A stretch of DNA of 64,000 bases, from the NCBI GenBank assembly GCA_910578035.1, contig CAJTOB010000008.1, positions 1,801 to 65,800 of the forward strand, read 5' to 3'. Positions 10,247 to 21,200 of the stretch are shown in pieces. This DNA comes from an uncultured Muribaculaceae bacterium. Lineage in GTDB: Bacteria > Bacteroidota > Bacteroidia > Bacteroidales > Muribaculaceae. The notes below the pieces were generated by a model. The model was not told where the DNA came from and searched no databases. It saw nothing but the letters and a program-made list of their open reading frames with translations. The first letter of the stretch is position 1. Each line of letters begins with the position of its first letter. Both the position numbers and the translations under genes were made by a program.

Positions 10247-11251
10247 ATGGATAACAACTCTTTTCCGGGCAAGATAGCCGTGATGGGCGGCGGAAGCTGG
10301 GCCACGGCCCTGGCTAAGCTGCTGCTCAAGAACTGCGCCGAAATCATGTGGTATATGCGGCGCGACGACCGCATAGCCGAATTCCGCCAGCTCGGCCACA
10401 ATCCGGCCTACCTCACCGACGCCCATTTCGACGTGGACCGTATCGCCTTCTCGAGCGACATCAACAAGGTATGCGCCGAGGCCGACACCCTGCTCATGGT
10501 AATGCCTTCGCCCTATTTCAGCGAGCATATCGACAAGATTACCGCCGATATAAGCGGCAAGACGGTGGTATCGGCCATCAAGGGAATGGTGCCGCAGACC
10601 AACGAACTCATAACCGACTTCATGGTGCGCCGCTTCGGCGTAGACAGCAATAAAATGCTTGTGGTAGGCGGCCCCTGCCACGCCGAAGAGGTGGCTCTCG
10701 ACCGTCCGTCGTATCTCACCGTCGGCTGTCGCAATGCCGAGACCGCAGAGGCCTTCGCCTCGTGCCTGCGCAGCAGCCGCACACACGCCATATGCTCGAC
10801 CGATGTCGACGGCATTGAGTATGCCTCCGTGCTGAAAAACGTATATGCCATAGCCGCCGGTATAGTGCACGGCACCAAAACCGGCGACAATTTCTCGGCC
10901 ATTCTCGTGTCGAACGCCATACGCGAAATGGACCGCTTCCTCAAGGCAGCATGTCCGGCTCCCCGCAATATCTGCGACTCTGTGTATTTGGGCGACCTCC
11001 TTGTGACGTCCTACTCGCGCTTCTCGCGAAACCATAATTTCGGCTCGATGATAGGCTGCGGCTACTCCGTGCGCAACGCCCGCATGGAAATGAACCAGAC
11101 CGCCGAAGGCTACTACGGCACTCGATGCATTCACGAAATCAATGAGCGCATCGGCGTAGAAATGCCTATACTCGACAATGTTTACAATATCCTCTACCGC
11201 GGCATGCCTGTGCAAGCGGCGCTACATGCCATGGCTCAAACATTCGACTGA
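10247..11251 (+). CDS. gpsA: NAD(P)H-dependent glycerol-3-phosphate dehydrogenase
   Basis: GGGSWATAL, IKG, GPCHAEEV, LKNVYAI, GDLLVT..S..SRN and AEG motifs. Confidence 0.95.
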   Translation: MDNNSFPGKIAVMGGGSWATALAKLLLKNCAEIMWYMRRDDRIAEFRQLGHNPAYLTDAHFDVDRIAFSSDINKVCAEADTLLMVMPSPYFSEHIDKITADISGKTVVSAIKGMVPQTNELITDFMVRRFGVDSNKMLVVGGPCHAEEVALDRPSYLTVGCRNAETAEAFASCLRSSRTHAICSTDVDGIEYASVLKNVYAIAAGIVHGTKTGDNFSAILVSNAIREMDRFLKAACPAPRNICDSVYLGDLLVTSYSRFSRNHNFGSMIGCGYSVRNARMEMNQTAEGYYGTRCIHEINERIGVEMPILDNVYNILYRGMPVQAALHAMAQTFD

Positions 11252-12276
11252 TGAAGAAACTATTAGGTCTCAATCCCGAACAGCTCGGCGAAGTGGCAGC
11301 CTCAGTCGGGCTGCGGCCTTTCGCGGCACGGCAGATGGCCGCATGGCTATACCAGAAAAGAGTGTCCGACATCGACTCCATGACCGACCTCCCCAAAAAA
11401 GCCCGCGAAGAGCTTAAAAAGACTTATACCGTAGGCCGCGAGGCGCCCAAAATGGAGGCTCGGAGCACCGACGGCACAGCCAAATACCTCTTCGAGGGTG
11501 TCGGAGGCCGCGATATCGAGGCCGTATATATCCCCGACCGCGAACGCGCCACACTGTGCGTGTCGAGCCAGGCCGGTTGCCGCATGGGCTGCAAGTTCTG
11601 CATGACGGGCCAGGGCGGTTTCCAGGGCAACCTCGACACCGGCGCCATAATCAACCAGATTCTCTCCATTCCCGACAGCGACAAGCTCACAAATATCGTC
11701 TTCATGGGCATGGGCGAACCGACAGACAACCTCGATGCCGTCCTCGGCGCCATCGATATTCTCACCGCAAAGTGGGGTATGGCATGGAGCCCGCGCCGCA
11801 TCACCGTATCGACCATCGGCAACACCAAGGGGCTCCGCACCCTCCTGGACCGCACCCAGGTGCACATAGCGCTGAGCGTGCACACGCCTTTTGCGGGCGA
11901 ACGCGAGCGCATAATGCCCGTCGAGAAGGCTTTCCCTCTCCGCGAGATAATGCCGCTGCTAAAAGCCCACGATTTCGCCCACCAGCGCCGTCTGTCGATG
12001 GAGTACACTATGTTTGCCGGCCTCAACGACGACGACAAACACGCCGACGCCCTGGCGCGGCTGCTACGCGGCTCTGACGCCCGCGTGAACCTGATACGCT
12101 TCCACCGCACCCCGGGCTTCGAAGGACGCCCCAGCGACACAGCCACCATGGAGGCCTTCCGCGACCGCCTCAACGCCGCCGGAATCACCGCCACCATACG
12201 CGCAAGCCGCGGCGAAGACATCATGGCCGCCTGCGGCATGCTTGCCGGCGCACAGGCTGATGGGCGGTTGGGCTGA
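11251..12276 (+). CDS. rlmN: 23S rRNA/tRNA m2A methyltransferase (radical SAM)
   Basis: CVSSQAGCRMGCKFC, MGMGEP and C-terminal DIMAACG. Confidence 0.95.
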   Translation: MKKLLGLNPEQLGEVAASVGLRPFAARQMAAWLYQKRVSDIDSMTDLPKKAREELKKTYTVGREAPKMEARSTDGTAKYLFEGVGGRDIEAVYIPDRERATLCVSSQAGCRMGCKFCMTGQGGFQGNLDTGAIINQILSIPDSDKLTNIVFMGMGEPTDNLDAVLGAIDILTAKWGMAWSPRRITVSTIGNTKGLRTLLDRTQVHIALSVHTPFAGERERIMPVEKAFPLREIMPLLKAHDFAHQRRLSMEYTMFAGLNDDDKHADALARLLRGSDARVNLIRFHRTPGFEGRPSDTATMEAFRDRLNAAGITATIRASRGEDIMAACGMLAGAQADGRLG

Positions 12277-12319
12277 CAGGCTGTTGGGCTGACGGGCTAT
12301 TAAGCTGATGGGCGGTTAG
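12256..12319. repeat. Degenerate tandem repeat, 4 x 16 bp (8 x 8 bp)
   Basis: GCTGATGGGCGGTTGG / GCTGACAGGCTGTTGG / GCTGACGGGCTATTAA / GCTGATGGGCGGTTAG. Confidence 0.85.
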
Positions 12320-12323
12320 GAGA

Positions 12324-12405
12324 ACTATTATCTTAACTCTTTTAACTCTTTCGACTTTTTAAACTCCTCCAAACTCTCTAAACTCCTCCAAACTCTTTAA
12401 CAACT
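12324..12405. repeat. ACTATTATCTTAACTC motif followed by degenerate 9-10 bp AACTC repeats
   Basis: TTAACTCTT, TTAACTCTT, TCGACTTTT, TAAACTCCT, CCAAACTCT and more; the first part is an inverted copy of 56324-56362. Confidence 0.8.
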
Positions 12406-12423
12406 ACACAAACCCGACTTCAA

Positions 12424-13476
12424 ATGAGCAACAAGATAAAAGTGGGAATCACCCACGGAGACACCAACGGAATAGGCTACGAGGTTATCCTCAAAGCTCT
12501 CGAGGACAACCGCATGGCCGATTTGTGTACCGTTGTGGTCTACGGCTCGGCCAAGGCGGCATCGTTCTACCGCAAGGCCATGGAGCTGCCTCAGATACAG
12601 TTCACCCGCGTAGACAGCGCCGCCGATGCCCGCGACGGTGTGTTCAACATCGTCAACGTTGTCGGCGAAGACCTCAAGATAGAGCCCGGCACGGCATCGC
12701 CCGCAGCAGGCGCGGCTGCCTTGGCCGCCCTCGAAACCGCCGTGGCCGACCTTCGCAACGGCGATATCGACGTGCTCGTGACAGCACCTATAGACAAACA
12801 CTCGATACAGAGCGACGATTTTAAGTTTCCGGGCCATACAGAGTATCTGCAGACAGCTCTCGCCGGCGAAGACCAGCCCGATGCGAAGGCGCTGATGGTG
12901 CTCTGCACCGACTATCTGCGCGTTGCCCTCGTCACTTCCCATATGCCGATAGCCGAGGTGCCCCGCGCTCTCACCAAAGAGCTCATTGTCGACAAGATAA
13001 AGGACTTCGACCAGTCGCTGCGCCGCGATTTCGGCATTCAGACCCCCCGCATAGCCGTTCTGTCGCTCAATCCTCACAGCGGCGAACACGGACTCCTCGG
13101 CAAGGAAGAGGAAGAAACCATAATACCCGCCATAGCCGAGGCTCAGACTCATAAAATACTTGCTTTCGGCCCATACGCCTCCGACGGTTTCTTCGGCAGC
13201 GAAAGCTACCGCGCCTTCGACGGCGTTCTGGCAATGTATCACGACCAGGGGCTCGCTCCCTTCAAGACCATAGCAATGGACCAGGGTGTGAATTTCACCG
13301 CCGGTCTGCCCTTCGTGCGCACTTCGCCCGACCATGGCACAGGCTACGACATCGCCGGAAAGGGCGAAGCATCGGCCGAGTCCATGCGCAGCGCAATCTA
13401 CATGGCCCTCGACATCTACCGCAACCGCGGCCGCCACGCCGAGGCCTATCGCCGCCCTCTTGCCCGCCAGAAATAA
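12424..13476 (+). CDS. pdxA: 4-hydroxythreonine-4-phosphate dehydrogenase
   Basis: GDTNGIGYE, TAPIDK, GHTEYL, LNPHSGE, MYHDQG and RTSPDHGTGYDIAG. Confidence 0.95.
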   Translation: MSNKIKVGITHGDTNGIGYEVILKALEDNRMADLCTVVVYGSAKAASFYRKAMELPQIQFTRVDSAADARDGVFNIVNVVGEDLKIEPGTASPAAGAAALAALETAVADLRNGDIDVLVTAPIDKHSIQSDDFKFPGHTEYLQTALAGEDQPDAKALMVLCTDYLRVALVTSHMPIAEVPRALTKELIVDKIKDFDQSLRRDFGIQTPRIAVLSLNPHSGEHGLLGKEEEETIIPAIAEAQTHKILAFGPYASDGFFGSESYRAFDGVLAMYHDQGLAPFKTIAMDQGVNFTAGLPFVRTSPDHGTGYDIAGKGEASAESMRSAIYMALDIYRNRGRHAEAYRRPLARQK

Positions 13477-13492
13477 GCAAGGCGATAAAACT

Positions 13493-13530
13493 AAAAAAAA
13501 CGCACTGTCCGCGGCGGACAGTGCGTTTTT
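13493..13530. terminator. Bidirectional intrinsic terminator
   Basis: AAAAACGCACTGTCCG-CGG-CGGACAGTGCGTTTTT between convergent genes. Confidence 0.9.
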
Positions 13531-13549
13531 CATTATACAGTGGTGCAGT

Positions 13550-16500
13550 TTACTTTACAATCACTTTTACGGTCTTGCCTCCGACATTCACAAGGTATAT
13601 GCCTGTAGAAACCGGAATCGAGACAGTGCCGTCGCTCTTGACGCATGCCACGGCGCGGCCATCGACAGCATAGACAGCAACTGAGCCGGCAAATCCGCTG
13701 ACAGTGATGGCGCCGTCGCGGGCGACAATGCGTACTGCCGAGGCATCGATTTCGCCTATGCCCGAAACCAGGACTGTAGCCTCGTTCGAACGGCGCGATT
13801 CGCCTTTGTCATAGACTGCCGTCACATAGTATGTATATGTGCGGTCGGCAGCAACACCTCTGTCGGTAAACGAGGGGTCTGCCACGAGGGCATCGTTGAG
13901 TTTGTTGCCATTGCGATATACATTATATCCTTGCAGAGCGATTGCTGCTGAAGTGCCCTCGGCGGGGATATATGTCACATCGTCGATGAAGAGGAAGAAT
14001 TTGTCGACCGAACGGCTGCGGATAGCGAAGTATCGTGCACCGTCGGGCAGCATGAACCGATAGTTTGTCCAGGCGTTGGGAACATCGATTACTGTCTCAA
14101 TCGACTTGAACTCGTCTATATTCGTGGAATTTTCGGAATAAAGAACCTCGAATGATTCGAGATAATTGGGGTCAAAAGACTTGGCATAGAGGCCGAGTGC
14201 CTGCGGGCCGCCATAGAGACGCGGCGAGATTGCCCAGTCGTCGCTCTGAACAGCTGTGTTGCCACGCTGCACATACTCCGAGCAGATATATTTCGAGCCC
14301 TGATGCGCGTTCCATCTGTCGGCATCGGTGCTGCCTTCGAAGCCACTCCACAGTCTGTCGGCCACGCTCCACGAGCACATGCCTGTTATGGGGAAGTTGG
14401 GGGTATTGATACCTCCAACAGGAGCCTTGTCGGCGTCTATAAACTTCCAGCCGTTCACAACCTCGCTCCAGCTTTCAGCAGCTTCGAAGCCTTCGGTATA
14501 TGCCTCGGCAGGAGCCTTGGTTTCGTCGGGTCGGGTCCAGGCAAGGACAATATCCGAACCGTCGTGAACGGCTCTGAGGTCGCTGATAGCCGGAACGGCC
14601 GGAGCCACGATGCCAACACGCGCCTCTTCGGTTTCGTTGTCTGAGTCAAGGAGGTCGAACGAGCTGAATATTACAGCCTTGTAAAGGGCTGCATCGCCGT
14701 CTACAGCATTGAGGGTCTGTGTGAAAGTGACAGTCTTCGAATTTGCGGGCTCAATGCGCTCACAGTCTTTGAAATCTACTGTCACGCCGTTGCGCTGCAG
14801 TTCTACGGTATATGAGCCGACAGACTGCTCGCCGGTGTTGACAACAGTCACTTCCACTTCAAACTCTTTGCCGGTCTCGACAACGCCGGGAGCACTGATG
14901 CGTGAGGCGGTAAGATTTGTCTCCACATAGCTTGCAACACGGAGGTTATCGAGAGTATAGAATGCCAGCTTGGCATCGGTGGGCACTATGCGGAGCACAA
15001 CAGATTTGCCTTCATAGTCGGCAAGCGATACGACAACCTTGTTCCACTGGCTCTGCTCGCCGGTTTCGGCAACGACGTCGCTCTGAACCTTTACGAAGCC
15101 GCGTCCGTCGCCTTCATCGACCTGTATCTCGAGCGCATTGGTAGGAGTGCCCGAAGCCATGGCATAGTTGAAAGTATAGTATGTAAGGGCGGGATTGTAG
15201 ACACCCTCAAGCGAGATTTTACCGGTTACAAGGGCTGTGTATGAGCCGTAACATTCGAAATAAGCGAAACCGCCGTCTCCGTCCTGAGGCACTATGCCCC
15301 ACTCCGAGGAGCTGACAAACTGCCAGGGTTCGTTGCCTACAAGGTAGTTATAGCCAAAAATCGAAGATACAGAGCGTCCTGCAAAGGATTCGCCCCACGG
15401 GGTTTCATATGGTTTGCCGACGGGCTTATATGCCGTGGCGGCAAGCTTGTCTGACTCACCTCCGGCAGTGACAGCATAAACGCCAAACTGCGCGAAGGCC
15501 TGCTCACCCTCTTCCACAGCCTGAACGGTTACGGAAGTGCCCGTCACATTTTCGGCAACGGTATTTTTGCTGCGGTCTACCACGCGATATCTCACAGCCT
15601 CGGGCTTTAACACGTTGCCCTCGATATCGGTTGTAACAGGTTCCCAGGAGATTGTCACTTTGCCGGTATTGCCGTCTTCTATCATTACAGCCGATGCGGG
15701 TGCCACAGGCTTGCGGGCACCGACGAGCACTTCGGCTTCAACGGCGACACTGCGGCCGAGCGCATTGACAGCCACAACACTATATTTGTGCGTGCCGGGG
15801 GTAAGAGCGGCGTCCTTGTCGGTATACACGATAGGCTCGGTGCCTCCGAGGCCTTCGGTAACAGTAGCAATCACGTTGCCGTCGCGGGATATCTCTACAG
15901 ATGTGAGCGCGCTCTCGCCCTCGAGAGCATTTCCGCCCATATCGGTGAGAGGAGCCTTGAATGAAACAACGGCCTCGCATGTGCCGTCGACAGGCGATGT
16001 GACGGTAAGATCGGTCACTGAGGCGGGAGCGCCGGTAGACATGCCTTCTCCTACGCTGTAGGAGCATACCATGATGGCCGAAGAGCGGCCTTCGGTCTTG
16101 GCATGGATACCGACATAGATACGGCCGCTCTCGCCGGCGGCTATATCACCCGTAAAGGTTGTCACGGTGCTGCTCTTGAGCGTTTTTTCCGGAACGACAG
16201 TGTTTACCATCGCTTCGGCGGTAGGCTCAGTACCCCAGCATACTTCGAATTTTTCCTCATACGATGTCGAGGTCTTGACATCGATGGCAAACGGATATAC
16301 AGAGCCCTTCACCACATTGATTGCAGGAGATATGGCCCAGTCATCGAAGCCGGTGGAGCCGTAGGCGCGAAGCGCTTTGTCGTAAGCATAGTAAGCCCAC
16401 TTGGAAGGGTTCTCGCCGTTGCCGAGCAGTGTCCAGCCTGCCAGCGACACAGCGGAGGCGAAAGAGCCCTCATAGGGCGGTGTGATGGGGCCAAACGAGA

Positions 16501-18004
16501 GCACATCGCTCTTTACAGAGGCTGAACTCAGGCCGTTGACCGTGGCTACAAGTGTATAATAGTAGTCGGTGCGTGTGGCCGGCATGTCGATTTTATCGGT
16601 ATAAGTTGTCACCGCTTCATTGTCGACAAGCACTTTGCCGTCGGGATGGCGCACCACAGTGTATGTGGCCTTGCTGTACTCGACATTGCCACCGTTGACG
16701 CCCGTAGACGAAGGCGAGCGCCACTGCAGCTTGATGTCGTCGCCGCTGAGGCTTATGGCGAATGTGGTCGGGGCCTGGGGTGTGTCCGGGCCGACGAATT
16801 TCTTGGCATTCTTCTCGGGAGACTCACCGGCGGCGTTGGCTGTAGTGACTACAAAATTATAGCTGTCGGCCACCGCCATTTCAACAGGAACCGAAACCGT
16901 AGCACCAGGCAGAGCGGTCGCAGTGGCTATCACTTTGCCGTTGGCCTTGAGAGTATAGGTGAGGTCCACGTCGTCGGGGAGGCGGGTCTGCGCACCCGAC
17001 GGGCCTTTGGTATAGCGGGGCATCGAGAAGCGTATTGTACCGCTCAGGCTTGAGCCGCTGAAGCTTGTGGAAATCGATGATACAGCGGCGGGAACATCGT
17101 CGGAATATGCTTTCTCGGGAATAAACATGCCGCAAATCTGCTCCTCATTCTCGAGATTGTAGAGCTTGCGGGCTGTGGCGGCTTTGATATCGACGGCATA
17201 GAGGCCGAAATCTGTGTCGCTTGTCACCGACCAGTACATTGTGTCTGTAGCCGGGTCGATGATGGCATCGCCCATGTAAGGCGATGAAACGCCCGTGCTG
17301 CCCACCTTTGTCATGGCGCCGGTAGCGGTGTCGACGGTATAGAGGTCGCCGTTGCGTTCGATTGCATAGAGAGTTCCGTCTGAAGAGAACGCACAGCCGC
17401 TCCAGGGGCGCTCAATGGCGCATATGACACGCTGCGGAGCATAACGCTCATAGTTCCACTTGACGAAATTATAGCCGTTGCGCTCGGCATTGATGAAACA
17501 ACCGAATGCCTCGTCGCGGTCTTTGTTATAAGCCATCGTTGTGGCTACATATTCTATTTTGCCGGTGAAAGCGTCGTACTCGGCCCAGTCCGACATTCGA
17601 TATGCATAGGTCTTGATTTCCTCAAAACCCATCATTTCGCGGTAGGTATTGCAATAGTAATAATCTTTTGCAGCCAGACCTCCGCCGGTTGCATAAATCA
17701 CTTTTGCAAGCTCAACAGGCTTCCAGCTGTCGGTGCTGTAGCTCCACATGCCGATTACGTTGGTAGGATATACAACAGAACCACAGATATTCACCCCTTC
17801 CGACTGGGATTGTGCGAGAGGAGCCCTCAGTGGTGTTGTTGCCATCGGCACGGTGCCTGAAACCGAGAATTCGGCCGGAACCGCGGGCACTTCGCGAAGA
17901 CCCAGCAGCTCGGCGAGCGGTCTGGGTGCGTCCGCGGCCGTAGGCGCGGCATATGCGCCAAAAGCAAAAGCGGCTCCCAGAAAAGCTGTAATAATACGTT
18001 TCAT
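13550..18004 (-). CDS. Large T9SS-secreted surface protein (propeller-like N-terminus, FN3-like repeats, cleaved-adhesin-like domains, T9SS CTD)
   Basis: Signal peptide; two DDWAISP motifs; GYNVYRNG...YYVTAVYDKGES FN3 module; ends in GIYLVNVGGKTVKVIVK. Confidence 0.82.
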   Translation of the reverse strand: MKRIITAFLGAAFAFGAYAAPTAADAPRPLAELLGLREVPAVPAEFSVSGTVPMATTPLRAPLAQSQSEGVNICGSVVYPTNVIGMWSYSTDSWKPVELAKVIYATGGGLAAKDYYYCNTYREMMGFEEIKTYAYRMSDWAEYDAFTGKIEYVATTMAYNKDRDEAFGCFINAERNGYNFVKWNYERYAPQRVICAIERPWSGCAFSSDGTLYAIERNGDLYTVDTATGAMTKVGSTGVSSPYMGDAIIDPATDTMYWSVTSDTDFGLYAVDIKAATARKLYNLENEEQICGMFIPEKAYSDDVPAAVSSISTSFSGSSLSGTIRFSMPRYTKGPSGAQTRLPDDVDLTYTLKANGKVIATATALPGATVSVPVEMAVADSYNFVVTTANAAGESPEKNAKKFVGPDTPQAPTTFAISLSGDDIKLQWRSPSSTGVNGGNVEYSKATYTVVRHPDGKVLVDNEAVTTYTDKIDMPATRTDYYYTLVATVNGLSSASVKSDVLSFGPITPPYEGSFASAVSLAGWTLLGNGENPSKWAYYAYDKALRAYGSTGFDDWAISPAINVVKGSVYPFAIDVKTSTSYEEKFEVCWGTEPTAEAMVNTVVPEKTLKSSTVTTFTGDIAAGESGRIYVGIHAKTEGRSSAIMVCSYSVGEGMSTGAPASVTDLTVTSPVDGTCEAVVSFKAPLTDMGGNALEGESALTSVEISRDGNVIATVTEGLGGTEPIVYTDKDAALTPGTHKYSVVAVNALGRSVAVEAEVLVGARKPVAPASAVMIEDGNTGKVTISWEPVTTDIEGNVLKPEAVRYRVVDRSKNTVAENVTGTSVTVQAVEEGEQAFAQFGVYAVTAGGESDKLAATAYKPVGKPYETPWGESFAGRSVSSIFGYNYLVGNEPWQFVSSSEWGIVPQDGDGGFAYFECYGSYTALVTGKISLEGVYNPALTYYTFNYAMASGTPTNALEIQVDEGDGRGFVKVQSDVVAETGEQSQWNKVVVSLADYEGKSVVLRIVPTDAKLAFYTLDNLRVASYVETNLTASRISAPGVVETGKEFEVEVTVVNTGEQSVGSYTVELQRNGVTVDFKDCERIEPANSKTVTFTQTLNAVDGDAALYKAVIFSSFDLLDSDNETEEARVGIVAPAVPAISDLRAVHDGSDIVLAWTRPDETKAPAEAYTEGFEAAESWSEVVNGWKFIDADKAPVGGINTPNFPITGMCSWSVADRLWSGFEGSTDADRWNAHQGSKYICSEYVQRGNTAVQSDDWAISPRLYGGPQALGLYAKSFDPNYLESFEVLYSENSTNIDEFKSIETVIDVPNAWTNYRFMLPDGARYFAIRSRSVDKFFLFIDDVTYIPAEGTSAAIALQGYNVYRNGNKLNDALVADPSFTDRGVAADRTYTYYVTAVYDKGESRRSNEATVLVSGIGEIDASAVRIVARDGAITVSGFAGSVAVYAVDGRAVACVKSDGTVSIPVSTGIYLVNVGGKTVKVIVK

Positions 18005-18064
18005 TGCAAGAAATTTAGAGAATATTGGATTTGTTTAGAAAAATGAAATCGGCATTTCTTGTGG

Positions 18065-18099
18065 CAAAAATACAAATAAGCATGTATTTATGCAACAAA
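18065..18099 (-). promoter_or_regulatory. Promoter for the T9SS protein gene
   Basis: Minus strand reads TTTGTTG, 20-nt spacer, TATTTTTG (18072-18065). Confidence 0.65.
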
Positions 18100-18211
18100 A
18101 TTCTATACAATATCCAACATTCATGTCGCCTGTCTTACAGCAGATATGAATTTTTGTCAATACGCCTCAAGGGTTCTGATTTTGCTGTATTTCCCTGTTG
18201 CGCCATACTTT

Positions 18212-18252
18212 TTGCCCCTGCCAGAGAAAGAGTTGTCTCATGGCAGGGGCAA
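18212..18252. terminator. Stem-loop downstream of the HTCS gene
   Basis: TTGCCCCTGCCA...TGGCAGGGGCAA perfect 12-bp arms; no U-tract on the minus strand. Confidence 0.5.
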
Positions 18253-18271
18253 TCAAGAGCTTGTTTACCGA

Positions 18272-21200
18272 TTATTGTTCGAAGGAAGCGTCGCGCTTCT
18301 TGTTGGACTGGCGGTAGTCCTTTGGCGTCATGCCGAAGCGCTTGTCGAATTCCTTGTAGAAGTGTGAACGGTTGGAAAAACCGGTGCGGTATATGATTTC
18401 CTGAACGGTAAACGATGTAGTGAGCAGGAGCTTGGCAGCATAGGTGATGCGATGATTCTTTATGAAATCATTCGGCGTAGGCTGATTGAGTTCCTTAAAC
18501 TTGCGGTAGAGATTGCGCAGGCTCATCTGGAGGCCGGCGGCGAGCTGCTCGGGCGAGAGGTCGGTGTCGTCGATGTGATTGTCGATATATTCGACCACAC
18601 GGCCGAGGAAGTCCTTGTCGTCGCGGTCGAGAAGGTGGCCGTCGCTGTACTCGAATGCGCTTGCCGACGAGTTGTAGTACTCGCGGAGGGTGTTGCGGCT
18701 CTCGAGCAGACGCGCCACGACAGCGCGCAGATATTTGACGCTGAATGGCTTGCCGATAAAGACGTCGGCACCCGAGACAATGCCTTCGACCTTCTCCTCG
18801 TTGCTCGTCTTCGCCGAGAGGATAATCAGCGGCAGATGCATGGTATGGCGGTTTGCCTTTATCTGGCGGGCGAAAGTGAGGCCATCGGTGCCGGGCATCA
18901 TCACATCGGTGATAATGACATCGGGCGTTTCTTTCTTGAGGAGGTCGAGGCCTTCCTGAGCCGATTTGGCGGTACGCACCCTGTAGTCGGAGAGGCTGTC
19001 GCTGAGCAGCGAGAGTATTTCCACGTTGTCGTCGATGACAAGCACGGTGCTCTTGCTCTTGTCGACCTCTACGGGCGCAGCCTCCTGCTCTTCGACGACT
19101 TCGCGGGGCGATTCGCCGGCGTCGGCAGGGGCAAAAGCCTTGTCGTCGTGAATGGCGTGCGCTTCTTCCTTGACATCGGTCTCGAGCATTGGCAGTGTCA
19201 CGATGAAGCGGGCGAAGCTGCCGACCTCGCTCTCGATGGCGATATTGCCGTGGAGCATCTTGACCATGCTGTGGCAGATAGCCATGCCGAGACCATTGCG
19301 GGTGGAGAGGCCCTTGACGGCGTTTTCCTCCACATTGTCGAGCACGCTGTAGCGGTTGAATATGCGCTCGCGGTCTTTCTCGGCTATACCCTTGCCGGTG
19401 TTATAGACAGATACAAGGAGCTTGCCGTTGTCTACACGGGCGTCGACCTTGATGGAACCGCCGACGGGGGTATATTTGAATGCGTTGGATATGAGATTGT
19501 TCAGAATCTTGCGCAGAGAGCTGAAATCGGTGTTCCAGGTCACGTCGCGCTGTATTTCGGCATCGAAGTCGATATTGTTGCGCTCGGCAAGGTCTGAGAA
19601 GGTGGCAACGGTCTCGTCGCAGAGGTCGCTGATATTTACAGGGCGTATCTTCAGAATCTTGTGGCCGGTCTCAATGCGGCGGAAGTCGATAAGTTCCTGA
19701 ATGAGGGTGTTGAGGCGTTCGACGTTGGTACGCACAAGCCCGATATATTTTTTTATGTAGTCGTCGGTGCCGTCATACGACATTATGCGCTCGCAGGGGC
19801 CGTAGATGAGTGTGAGGGGCGTACAGAATTCGTGTGTGATGTTTGTGAAGAATCGCAGCTTCTCCTCGTAGACCTCCTCGCGGTGCTGGTGCTCGATTAT
19901 GGACAGTTCCTCGGCACGCTTGCGGCGCTGGCGCCATATATAGCCCGACACCAGAGCGCCGACAGTGGCGAGCAGCAGAAGGATATATGCGGCCTTGGCG
20001 TAGTCGGTGAGATACCACGGCGCCCTGATGTTGATTTCCAGACGATTGACCTCGCCCTCTATGCCTGTGATACGGTTGACGTATTTCACACGCAGATTAT
20101 ACTTGCCGTAGCTCATTTCGTTGAACGATATCGTACCGTTTGAGCCATTGTTAATCCATTCGCGCCCGTCGAGCGTATACAGGTAATTGTAATCGAGCGG
20201 ATTGAGGAAATCAGGGATAGAGAATGTGACGGAGAAATGATTCTGTTCAGGAGCCAGATTGAGTATGGAGCCGTCGTTAGTTGTCTTGATATACCCTGTC
20301 GGATTGACATTTTCGCCCGATATAGCCAAACGCTGGAGCGAAATCTCCGGACGGTAGGGCTGTGGGGCTGTGAAGCCGGGTGTCCTGGACACGGTGACAA
20401 GACCATCGATACCACCGAAAAAGAGCATGGAGCCGGTATTGAAGGCCGCGCCGTCGCTGAATTCGGTGACATTCACGCCGTCCTGCCGAGCAAACACCTG
20501 TGTTTTCTCCGACTGGGGATCGAAGCGGTATAGGCCGTTGTTGGTCGAAATCCAGAGTTTGCCCTCGCTGTCGCTGAGCATGTCGTGGATAGTATTGTTG
20601 ATAAAACCGTTTTCAAGACCGAAGAAGAGGCGTTCGCCGCTGTCGGCAACCTTGAGCAGACCGTGGCCTGTGCCGAGCCACTTGGTATTGTCTTCGTGTA
20701 TTACGGAGAATACGTCGAGAACCGACTTTGTATCGTAATTGCCGGCAAGTGGAACCCGCACCAGCGAGTCGCCTTCGATTACGAAAGCGCCAAGACCGCG
20801 GTTGGCGAACAGCAGCTTGCCCTGGGTGTCGGGCGCCATATCGAAGAAGAAATTGGAGGTGCGGTTGCCGCCGTCGACCTCATATACCTTCACCACATCG
20901 ATTTTGGGGCCGGAAGGCGGCCCCGAAATGCGACATCGGACTATGCCGTTGCCTACCGTCGAGACCCACAGAGTGGAGTCGTTTTCCTCGTATATGCTGT
21001 GTATGAATTTGAGCGCGGGGTCGGGCGCGCACGACACCAGTTTATTGTCCTTATAGCTGTAATAGTTCACACCTCCGTCGGTCGCAGCCCACAGAATCGG
21101 GCGCGAACTGCCCGCAAAAGCAAATACCGAGTTGTTGTCGAGCGCGCTGTTCGAGCTCGTGAAAAGTTCCATCTGCCCCGGCTCTGTCATGTTGCCGCTG

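Noticed and set aside
12256..12405. Possible CRISPR array
   Set aside because: Units are 8-16 bp, contiguous and degenerate, with no spacers and no cas genes.
18025..18396. Short + strand ORFs between the T9SS gene and the HTCS
   Set aside because: They cross a promoter, a hairpin and the HTCS 3' end, and have no protein-like features.
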